Below, piece after piece: positions 1-11,124 of a stretch of DNA of 64,000 bases. The DNA lies in NCBI GenBank assembly GCA_010405405.1, contig MU004244.1:127895-191894 (forward strand), written 5' to 3'. Position numbers and translations under genes: made by a program. The notes under the pieces were generated by a model, which searched no databases, was not told the origin of the DNA, and was given only the letters and a program-made list of their open reading frames with translations. The DNA is from Microthyrium microscopicum (lineage: Eukaryota). Positions within the stretch are counted from its first letter, which is position 1, and each line of letters starts with the position of its first letter.

Positions 1-1526
1 CAACTCCTGTTCCAATCCAAGTTTCTGTCAGACTCCGCACTAAACATGTGAAAGACCTGTTGCTTAAGCCCATCGCTCTTATCTTTTGGGCATAGCACAT
101 GTAACTCATTCTACCTCTTCTGCTATACACTAACCTCGCACTCAATTTATATCTTGGACCCTTTAATATCTCTATCCTCTTCTATTTTTTGCCACTTGAT
201 CAACCATACACTCGTCCACGGACAGGATGAATGGTTCGTTACTCTGTCTAAATTTCTAAAAAAAACTTCTAGAAGCACCAGACCGTCCATCGTGGTCAGG
301 ATATCCCCTCCAACTCACGCACGATATTCAAGCCAAGGCTATTATCCAATGAAAACCACATGTCAACTGTTCGCACGGCACTTGATATATTCCTCCCGAT
401 TTTCCGATCCACTAACAGGTAGCTTACCATTGAACATGTGTTGACCCCTACTCTAGGCTGTAGCTCGTAAATATTCAATCCTTTCCCCACGTGCATATCT
501 GGCCAATTACATATGCAACCCCATCTGAAAGGCCCATCTTGATTCTTCCTATAGCCCGCCCACATAATTTCTCCGCTTCGCTGTCTATCCGATATGCGAC
601 CCTTACTTGATTGCCGCGCAGAGTAGTTCATGCTATGTTTCATGATAGCTACCTACAAGCACGGTAATATGTGCATCTACTATGATCGATCAAAGACCAC
701 TTTGACGTCTGGGCTCGTGTATAATCGGGCCTATATAAATATGGCATCTTCCAGTCTTTGACATCTGACACGACTTGATCATCACGGGTATTTTTTGTCT
801 AGTCTGTTTGGTTGGTTTCCATAAGTTGTGCAAAGTGTGCCTTTTGCGATATCGGCATCTGCATACAGCCTCATTGTATCTTCAATACATACAGTACGGT
901 AGGATGTTAACTCGATGATCCAATGAATGGAAAAAATCACCGAAGCGCTTACCACATGTCCATCAATTCCAAAGCACGCCTCTCCGCCCGGTGCAAAAGA
1001 GCTCAATACATAGTCATGTGCTGTTTAGTTTCCGCTCACATGTATTCTCAACGCTCACCGTAACTTACCCAGTTCAGCCAGCTGACCCAGAACCGTCACT
1101 TTTTATTCTAGTCTCATGGCACGTTTCTATTCTAAAAGAGGACTTGTGTTGACAAAGTTCGCAAAAAGTTCCTAAAGTGCCCGAACCAATTCTCCATTGC
1201 TCGCTACAAGACATTGTGTTTGAAAAATATTCTGCATGTTTCTCGAAACTGTCAAATTGTTTCGCTATTGCGCAACTGGTTACGTATTCGGATATTTCTT
1301 ACAGTCTTATACAGTGCATGTAGATTCCACGTCCAGTATAATCGATCACTTTGAAGTCATGATCAAATTATGAAACACATCACGATAGTCTTCCGCAAAA
1401 GTCATGAATTGTCAAACCACGTGCTGAACCCTCTGTGTGAAAATCGTTGTCAAATTATATGAACGTGAACCAACTCCTTGGATCCGCCTTCCTAGTTTAC
1501 TTGACATGGTTTATCCTTTGAGTCGC

Positions 1527-1571
1527 GGAACCAAGGGTTCCGGAACCAAGGGTTCCGGACCCAAGAGCGCT
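1527..1571. repeat. 15-bp tandem repeat (2 perfect copies + 1 degenerate), each unit self-complementary
   Basis: GGAACCAAGGGTTCC x2 (1527-1556) then GGACCCAAGAGCGCT. The junction forms the 12-bp palindrome GGTTCCGGAACC. It encodes GPEPLVPEPLVP in the weak minus ORF 1511-1903. Confidence 0.85.
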
Positions 1572-3779
1572 GGATCGCATGCTGATCCTTTAGGACGTTG
1601 AAGATCCATGTTGTGAGCGGGCGCTAGAGCCGCCGTTCCATTTGGACATTCTTGGGAGATTTTGGAATGGGAAGATGGAGATTTTGAGATGGGAGTTGTG
1701 TTTGTATTTTTATCGAGTGAGACAGTGGCCCTCCAGGGGGATTTTATGTTCATGATGTGCTTTGAGGAGCTGCTTGGGTAACAAGGTAAAGAAAGTAAAT
1801 ATAAAGAAACGAGTAGACATCCTTTGATGTCTTGTAGTTCGTTTGTAGTGTTTTTTTGTTGGAATTGGTCTGAGTTTAGGCTCAAGTATAAATAAATATT
1901 CAAGTTTGTATTTGGGGTGAACTGTTCATTTGATCTATTTTACGGCATAAATACACAGGTAGTTGTAGTTGAGAGGTGTCGTTCTGTTGTGATAAGTCTA
2001 GAATGTTTTCAACTTTTTAAATATACGTAATGCTTTAACATTAATATCTATGAAGATCGTAAGATTACCGACAACCAAGTGAATCTTCGAAATAGAAAAA
2101 GTCTAGGATTTTGTTGATTTTCATGCCTATAATTCTCGAAGATAGAGCCTCCCGCTCAATCACCAAACTGGCCTTTGTATTACTTGATTTACATTGATAT
2201 GTCCATGGAAACATATTAGCTTACAGGTAGGCGGAGAAGATGGAATTCCTATTAAGAGGAAATATCAAACGCACCGTAATCTGGTTTTGACCAAGATGGC
2301 CAAAAGTGGACTGAAGCTTCACACATGAAGTTTTACTCTATTAAGCAATATTGCCTACGATTCACAAAGCCCCTCCATAATAATGTCGAAGTTTCTATAT
2401 TTAGTCTACTGTTGCAAAAATGCCAGTTTTTGTCCCTCCACCTTATCCAAGGACAATGACCAATAAACCCCATCAGGCTGAGCACAAGGCTGACGCAACC
2501 AGAACTTTACCTTTGGAGATACGAAGCACTCAACAAGCCATTCAAACTACCGAACTGCTCCAAAAAAATTTGCAAAAAGTTCACCACACATCTGAGCTAT
2601 GCTCTAAGATGTGTGGTTATGAAAATCAGACGATCTGATTTTGCGTTGCAAACGGGGCTTGAACCTGGAGGTTGTCATTGCCACATCGTTAGACTTGAGC
2701 AGGCGTTGTCTCTTAATTACGCATCGGGTTAGCTCCATTCCTCTTTCGAGGGAAGAAACACCGTCAATTGCCACCCTTATTTTGTACCTAAATGTGTTAG
2801 TAGATATCGAGAATTTGCAACAATGGCGTATATATATAAGATTCGGTGCTAATAACACTATGCTTGACATTAGTTGATACGAAGACGAATCCTCCGCGCT
2901 GAATTAGATTTATGGTTTGAAAGTGAAAATGAATATCGCTAGAGTTATCATTGGTATCTTTGTGAGAATGGTCATCTGGACAATATTCGTTTGGCAATAA
3001 GAAGAAACTACGTATTCATTGGATTTAGCTCTTGATGTTGCCTTGAATATCATGGAGTTCAATAAGTATCCACGGTCGCCGCCTCGCCATTTGCTTTTGA
3101 TTATATAAAGTTTTGAACTCCAGTGACAAGTCCAGGAAATTTTTGAGGCTAAGGTGTACTGCACAGTGCATTGGATGTTTGGAAAGTACTGAGAATGGTG
3201 ACATCCATGAACGTGGCAAAGAGGCATTTCTAGGACCTCAACCAGTGAAAACGTCTGGTGAAGGTGAGCTTGTGACGAAAAGTCCAGGCTTTCAATACAC
3301 AAAGCCAATGATGCTTGTTGCTGGTGTCTAGCGGTTCTGCGTTCGGTCATGTTTTACAGGCTTTCCGTCGGGCGTCAGCCTTCACTGAGACAGGCAAAAA
3401 GAAGTCCAATGGTTCGTGAGATTTCTCCTTCAAGGTCACATATTCGAAGTTATCGTGAAAAATCTTATATGTACATCAACGCTTGAAAACACACGCTTTT
3501 CTAATTTGACTGACTACCTGCGAAGGCTATACTAAAGCAAAGACCCCAGTATTTCCGTCCCCTTCAGTCCATGGTCAAACAACAAAGAGCACTCTCTCAT
3601 GAAGAGCGTCAACAGATCTGACAGTCAAGCAAACGTCGCCACCCAGCGAGAGTCCACCTCATGAATCTTGACCGCCGAACAGAGCAACCACACATATCCC
3701 GCGATGCAGTCAATATACCGTAGTGGCCTCTATTGAGAGACCATATCGGCTTTTCTGTTTTTCGCGGGTTATTTTTCTA

Positions 3780-6623
3780 TCAAATTTCTTCCTCTTCTTC
3801 CTCTTCCTTCTCGACCGCCCCCTTCTCTTGAAAAGCTTCGTCAACCATCGCCTCGTCTTCATCGCCATCTTCTGCAACTGCATCTGACACTTGATCGACT
3901 TAAGGTTAGTATTTGTATTCACTCATTGGCTCTAATGACTTACCTTGAGCAGCAGTAGCAGCATCCTCCATGTCATCGTCACCATCCTCATCATTATGAT
4001 CTTGCTTCTCTTCGACAGTGGCTTGTTGAGCGGTAGAACTTGCATTTATTGCTGTGAAGGTGGATAGCTGGCTGCTTGCATTTCCATTTCGGAGAGTAGA
4101 CAACGGGCCGCTTGCGTTGACAGGCTGAGCGATTGGCGGATGAACCTGTGCAATGAAACCTTGGTAATCATGATGCTGTACATGTGCATTGAGGAGCTGA
4201 GAGATAGGTGGTAGAGCTCGCGCAGCCATAATAGCTTGAGTGAGTGGAGTTTGGCATGGCATTCTCATAGTCTGAGTGACTAAAGGTTGGTTCTGCGCAT
4301 TGGTAGCTTGGAAGCCTGCTTGTTGAACATGCCTATTGTTGTGCTGAGAGACTGGTGGTTGATAGCGTGAATTGATAGCTTGAGCGACTGAAGGTTGGAG
4401 TCGCACTTTGTTGGCTTGGAAACCAGAAGATCGGTTCTGCGCGTTCAAAGTCTGCAAAGCAGTCATTTGGGCTTGTGCATTCATGGTGTTCAAGCCTGAT
4501 GGTGGGCCATACGTATTCATAAACTGCAAAGTTGGCGCCTGAGTTGGCGCAACAGGAGCTCGAGAAGCGGAGTATTGGATGTGTGGAATCATAGCCTTTT
4601 GACGTGCCTCCTCCATCTCTTTCTCCATCTTTTTCTTCAACTTGTCCGCTGCTACCCCGTCTTTACCGGCTTTACGCTTTCCCTCTTGAGTCGAAGATAT
4701 TCCAACAGAAGCCGCGACAGGAACAATTGAGCCTTTGTCACCCTTGGAAATAGTGCCTGCGCCACAGATACCTCTGATCCAGCCCCACTCTCGCCGACCT
4801 GGATGAGTTTTGGGCCACTTCACGCCGTTATCGTCGGAAGGCTCTTTGTCATGGCAAGCTAGCATGTGGGCTTGCATACCTGATACGAAGTTAGCTTGAT
4901 GCGTGTCGTAGCATTTTGAAAGGATACAGACACAGGGTGCTTCTTACCTTTAGGACCTTTGAAGAAGATTAGATGGTTTCCTGAAGTCGAGTGGATTCCC
5001 GCATTGGCTCCACCTAAAATCCGTCAGTCCACGTATCAAAGTTGGCGAGGGATGTGTTCAAACTTACACAATGGACACTTCAGAGTTTGTAACTTATCAT
5101 CGCCCAGATCAAAAACAGGGAGTTGGTCTATCGCGAGTTTTGAAGCATCAGGAATCGTTGTTTCATCATTTGGAATTGCTCGGGTTCGTGCGACAGGTTG
5201 AGGAGCTGCTTGAGCTGTAGTGCGAGAGCTTGATGCATGAGTGGCCACAGGACCCCCAACATGCTGTTGCTGAGCAGCGTTAACGGCGACTATAGGCGTA
5301 CCACACATAAATTGCATCGCTTGTACACTGGGCATAGGAAAGTTGTATTGCGGAGGACGATTTGGGGGCGTGAGATGAGTACCATATGTCGCTTGCATTT
5401 GTGGTAGAGGACCCGCAGTAACAGAAGGAGCCAGAGCCAGAGGACCCCGGCGAGCTGGCTCCGGAATAGCAGGTGCTGCAGATGCGAGAGTCTGACGAGC
5501 TGGAGCAGATTGAGACGGAGGCGCACGATGACGGCCAGTACGCGCTGCAGGCCGAACTAAAGCAGCGGCAGGAGCAGGAGCAGGAGCAAGGTTTTGATGG
5601 CGACCAGACCAGGCAAATTGAGAGGTAATTGCACCAGCGCCAAAAGTCACAAGTTGACCACCCGCAGGAGGCGGAACCTGTGAACGAGGAGCAGCTTTCT
5701 GACGAGGAGGAACCTGCGGATGAGGAGCAGTTTGCGAATGAGGGGCAGCGGGTAGAAGACTAGCAACATATGGACCTGGAGCAATCTGCGAACCTGGAGC
5801 AACATATAGACGAGGAGCATAATATGAACCAGAAGCAGCATACGGACCATGAGTAGCCTGCGAATGAGGAAGAGCATATGAACTAAGAGCAGTCCCCGGA
5901 TGATTAGCAGCAGGCTGACGAGACAAAGCTCGAGGTCCTGGTTGAGTCGCAGCCTGCGAATCGGAATTGTACGAAGGGTCCGTCAAAGCAGCATAAGTCA
6001 TAACCCGGCTTGCCAGATCGATTGGATCCGAGTTCAATGGGCCAGCTTCATGTAATGTTTCGTTATGGTTAGACTGACGAGTTTGACGTGGCGGTGCGAT
6101 TGAAGCTGTGGTAGGCAGATCTGGCGCAAAATCCGCGCGTTCGTAAGCGTATCTACCGTCCGCATCTCGCTGTTCAGCATGCTGAATTACATGACCATAT
6201 CGAGGCTGGATGGAGTTGTACGTCGAGGGCGCATCTGGGACTTCCGGATTGAGAATCGCAGAGAGAGAAATGTAGCCGGTGTACGGTACATAAGCTCGTT
6301 CTTGAATCACATTTGAGATTGCCGTAGGTGCATTTGCGTTGGTGACGTTGACGATAACGTTGTCAGAAGCTTGAGTACGAGTGACCGGTTTTTCTTGTCG
6401 GCGTTGATCTAGTTCTTCTTGATTGAGAGGGGATGCCGACGCAGGATCCATTTGAGTATTGGAGACTACAGGAGGATCTTCTCGACAGTCTATATTCAGT
6501 TTTAGTTTCAATATCTCCTTTGGTTGGCAGCGAGAACTTACCTTCTGCGCTATCTCCATGTTGCTTATCCATTTTTTGATGAGATGGAGGATCAACTTCC
6601 ATAGCATCTGGCGTATCGTCCAT
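3780..6623 (-). CDS. ~874-aa low-complexity protein with atypical zinc-finger-like domain (paralogue A), 5 exons
   Basis: Joins ORFs 6363-6623, 5036-6658 and 3906-4877 via GT-AG introns 6541-6490, 5067-5014, 4947-4880 and 3943-3899. Spliced length is 2625 nt, in frame. Spliced motif KCPLCGANA...FFKGPKGMQAHMLACH; P/A/Q-rich flanks; basic patch KRKAGK...KKK; acidic C-terminus ending EKEEEEEEEI*. Confidence 0.8.
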
Positions 6624-7850
6624 TGTCTCAATGATTTACTTGAATGTAGCAAGAGCAATGTCCTTGGTCTATATTTGGTACGTCTGGAGGTCTGAGTATG
6701 ATGGATGTGTTCGTTTGATGCAGAGGAGAGTTCGAGCTGAGGATTTGATGGAAAGGACGGGAGGTTGAAGGTAAAAGCCAGTGAATGACAGCGACGGTAA
6801 GGTGAAGTTTGAAGGTCCTAGTCGAGTGAAGCTATGTCGACGCAATCTGTGACCTCAACCCAATGGCCACTACTTTTATCTAGATAGCCCCCGTAGAAAA
6901 TGCGGAGACATAAAGTCATCATGAGATACCTTGAAGGGAAGTGACTGGAGTGTTGGTTGTTTCTTGGCCATACTTTGGGTTTGGCAGTTTCGACATCAGT
7001 GTCAAGAGCACCAAAAAGATAATTCTAGACTCCCGGAAACAGAACTAAAAGATTTGCTAATTAGTATGACTTTGCACGCTGGTTTTGCAATGGTTGAATC
7101 AAGAATAGATTCATAATCATGACCTAGAGGATTTCGTTACTTCGAATCTCTTGAGCTTCTACTTTGTTGAGCCTCATCACGCAAAGATGATTGGTAGTCT
7201 GTAAAACAGTAGAAGTCAGGGAGCATAGCTATCTAAAGTTTGTACCTCGTAGATAATACACTTTTGGAACCTCAAAGTTCTTCTCAAAGCTACTTTATAT
7301 CCAGCTCTTTGATGGTCGCTATAGCCCCCTTGCCGCTATTTCTCAGGAACTAAGCATTGAGTCACTATCTATCTATTGCGCTTCTTGGCAAGCTGTGGAG
7401 ACCTATGGTGCCTCAGGTGCCTGTTCCGGGAACGTGATAGTCCTACAGACTTATATGTAGCCAGCCCCTTTAGAGCCACCTGGCGCGTCTTTATTCGGAC
7501 CTAGAGGCTCACCTGAATCTTATTTCGGGCCATGGAGGCCGATAGGTCAGGTCACCATTTCATCAATTTTGGTCGGGCGCGGGGAAAACCTCAATGCTAA
7601 GTCAAAATTGAAAAGACGATGCGGCCGATGCCATCCTAAATGACAAGCCTGTCCATTTCAATTCCCCATTGAGTATCATTTGAGGTATTCTTTTTTGGGA
7701 TAGGATGTTTGCGATTGACAAGTCTCAGGAAGACCATCCATGAAATCGTATTTGACAGATATATCTCTCATATATAAGGTACGGAGGAATGAACGCCACT
7801 CCAAAAACAGGAGGTGGCGTAACTAATGTGGCGCACCACGATGTTTCTAA

Positions 7851-10493
7851 TAGTGATGCAGTATTTCTCACTTGATCGGTTATACTACGAACGCCGTTAA
7901 ACTACCGTAATTAACACGTTTAACTTCTACTACTAGTTTAACTACATCTAATTAGTATAAATAACTGCTTATAGCATTAAAACCTATAATCATTACTAGT
8001 TTAGGGTTAGCGCACTAAAATTAATCTTAAAGTTTAGGATCTAACTTTAACCTAAACTACTAAAGAATCTAATAGTTTTTAATTATTAAGCACTCTATAA
8101 CTATAGCTTAAACTATAATAATTTTTAGATATACGTGTTCTTTTTATTTAGCTCTTTATAATAATATACGTTTTAAATTTAATAAGAGGTTTTTAATAAG
8201 TCTAATTTACCTCTAAAAATACTATAATATTTAATCCTTTTTTAATAGTTACTATACTATTTCTTTACTAAAAATGGCTCTAAGAAGGCTAAATCGAACA
8301 AAACGGCGAAAGTAAGAGATTCTTCTTTACTAAAATATGCTTCCTTATTAAGATCTAACAAAATTACTAGAATTTACTTATAAATACTATCCTTAAACGT
8401 ATTTTTATAATATAGAGTATATAGAGCAATATTTAATTTAGGAAGGGCATATTTAACGTCTTATAGTTCCTACTACTCCCTCTTAGTTAAATATAGCTAA
8501 TTTACGTATATAAATGCGAATTAAATAGGATTACTACTATATATAATAAATAATAAAAGAAGAGCTTCCTATAAGTATATTTAATAAATCTTACTATTAA
8601 ATAACCTATAAACACGAAGTTAAATCTATAAGATTAGCTAGAATATTAAATTACTTACCTTTATAAAGAGGCTAGATACTAAATTTAGTTAAAGACATCT
8701 ACAACGAAGATCTTCTACTACTTTAAGAGGTACTATAAAATTAGCCTCTTCTTAACTTCTTATTAGATAAAAGTATTAATAAAGCTAATTATTAAATAGC
8801 TAATTTCTATATTATTATACCTACTTTAGGTTCCTTCTATTTTAAAATCGTTAATTTAGGTAGAGTATATTTAATAGCTTTAGCTATAGCCTACCTCTTA
8901 TTAGATACTTTTTACTATTAGACGAAAGAAAATCTTTTACGTATTAATTTAATTATTTTAGATACGTATCCTACTATACGTACAGTTTAAAATATACTTA
9001 AAAAATACCTAGAATAGGCCTTTAAGAAGTACTTAATAATACTATACGATTCTTATAGTCTTTAGCTTCTAATTAAGGATATTTTAGGTAATATTCCCTT
9101 TCTAAAAAGTACTTAGAATTAAATTTAAGAGATAGCAACCTAGTTTAGATCTAGGCCCTTATACTTTAGTATACTTTAAGATATTTAACAATATTAACTT
9201 AGTAAGACGTACAGAATAGGATTATTAGTAATTACTTATTAAGGAACCTAATTTAATCTAGTTTAATTACTAGAACGTAGTAAAATAGCTATAGATTCTT
9301 TTATAAAAACTATTAAAGTTCTTAGAGACACTAGAGCTATTAAAAATAAGAATAAGATTATATTTAATACTATAAAGAATCTACTCTTTTAGAGGAACTA
9401 TAGATTCCTATCTTATATCCTAAAGCCTATATATAACGCTTAGGTTTAATTAAAAGGGCTATAGTATTACTTAGGTAAAGTAATAAAGGACTAGTCTTCT
9501 ATTAGAACTACCTAGTAAGATCTTTATAAAGAATACTCTAAGATAGACAATATCACTAGTATTTAAGCTAAACTTCTCTATTTATTAGAAGAATAATAAA
9601 ATCTTTAAATTATAGACGATATTAATCTAGCACACGCTCTAGATCCTTTAATAGTTATTAAAACATTAGTTTTATAGTAATATGCTATAGTATTTTAAGC
9701 TCTAAGGAATTAATTTAAAGCACGTCTTAGTACCTCTAAAGAAGAGAGAGATAAAGCTAAGGAAGAGATCTTACTTATTAGTAATAAATTCTATATTTTT
9801 AGACTTTAAATAGGAGTATTTTTAATATCTTTAGATAGTACTAAAGCTTAGGATTACTAAAAACTATTACATTTTTAGGAATATCTTTAAATAGTAGTTC
9901 TAAAGCTCTTTAACATTACGATTAGGCTATTTAAAACTATAGCTAATTCTATACTATTAAAAAGAGCGTTTTTAATAGTTAATTAGATTTAGAACCCTTA
10001 ATAAACAAGATTAACTAGTAAGTAAGTAAATATGCTAGTTTTTAGCTTTATAAACAATAAAAAGCTTAATTAGTTAGTAGTACAATTAGGACTATATTAC
10101 ATTAGTAGTTTGCTATTTATACTACGCTATTAGTATAATTTAGATCTACTTAAAGTTAAAGATTTTAATAATCACTTCTTTAAGCGTTAGTTATTAAATC
10201 TTATTATAGTAAAAAAGGAAGAAAATATTAAGATAATAAAACGTACTATTAAAGAGAGTACTTAATAGGCTATAGTAGGGGCTACGAATTATATTCGCGA
10301 GTTATAGAGAGAAACTTAAGGTTTAGATAAAGAATTATAGCTATTTTATAACACCAAAAGTTATATAGAAAGTAATTTAATTTGGCTTCAAAATAATCGT
10401 GTTTTTAGCTATTGATGTTGCTAAACGCTGATTAGATGTTAAGGGCTTGGCGGTAGAGTTGGTTAAACACCCTCTACCGATCGCGCATCACTA
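7851..10493 (+). mobile_element. hAT-superfamily DNA transposon, full length (2643 bp), inactivated by RIP
   Basis: TIRs TAGTGATGC (7851-7859) / GCATCACTA (10485-10493). Perfect 8-bp TSD GTTTCTAA at 7843-7850 and 10494-10501. Interior very AT-rich, TpA-rich and CpA/TpG-depleted. hAT transposase motifs are recoverable by reversing transitions. Confidence 0.95.
8274..10300 (+). pseudogene. RIP-mutated hAT transposase relic (BED finger, DUF659/RNase H-like core, hATC dimerisation region)
   Basis: ATG at 8274. Reversing C>T/G>A changes gives TCKYC...EQHL (BED-like, ~8375-8435), D(E)S(T)NK..(H)(R)IANF (~8765-8810), RIN(S)I.(S)DT(C)PT(M)R.V(W) (~8940-8990), (P)(C)DS(H)(G)L(Q)LLIKDIL (~9040-9086) and RLF.T.ANS(V)(P)(S)(E)RAF(S)..N(W)I (~9921-9990). 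Many in-frame TAA/TAG. 3' end approximate. Confidence 0.88.
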
Positions 10494-11124
10494 GTTTCTA
10501 AGGTTGGGCGATAAGAGAAGACCCTTGACTGTTTTTGTCGTCAAGTCAAGCTCTCGACAAACAAGTTTGTGAACAAGTAATTTTTAGAGATATTCTAACT
10601 GTCAGCTGTCGTTTGGCGGGCAACCCAAAATGATGCGACATGGCGGGTACATAAAACCTGAGGCCCAGTCATCGCAACTCATTCTTGCCAGATGGATCGC
10701 ACCACTTTCTCACAAGTTTGCCAAGTTCAAGCGAACTTGGTATATCTATGCACCAACTCTATTAACTCTCTGTAAGCATGATTCCGACGCACGGCAAAAC
10801 CATGAGTCCAGCGCCAATAACTGCACTAAGGACTGCTAGACTCATCCCGTTGAGACAAATACATTGATACAAAAGTGGCCCACAGAGGGTTTTTTAGGTT
10901 TCTCTCGTACATCTTCCAGCTTTTTCCTAGATATCTCTTCCAAGCCTTTCTTGGAGCCTCTGTCATTACTTTCTTATGATCTCGCTCACTCTTCTTGCAC
11001 GCACTATTATAGTCTCTCCTCACACCGTCAGTTACTGCTTCGCGTAAAAGCTTTGTCATCCATTCATAGCTGCCTCAGCATCGGTGGTCTCCATGAACAC
11101 TAGACCTCATGGTTCTTGAATCAT

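Noticed and set aside
1..3400. Multiple short ORFs in the first 3.4 kb
   Set aside because: No recognisable domains or consistent exon chain; may be decayed coding DNA but cannot be supported.
3710..3922. Basic Arg/Lys-rich ORF (RRGRSRRKRKKRKK)
   Set aside because: It is an alternative frame of the acidic terminal exon of paralogue A.
7851..10493. AT-rich island as centromere, NUMT or foreign DNA
   Set aside because: The TpA-biased composition and recoverable transposase motifs show it is a RIPed transposon.
10451..10495. Helitron-like 3' end (hairpin 11 nt before CTAG, followed by T)
   Set aside because: The same bases form the hAT TIR and TSD. The perfect 8-bp TSD and hAT transposase motifs explain the element, and Helitrons make no TSD.
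10826..11059. 77-aa minus-strand ORF downstream of paralogue B
   Set aside because: Short, with no motif or splice support; not called as a gene.
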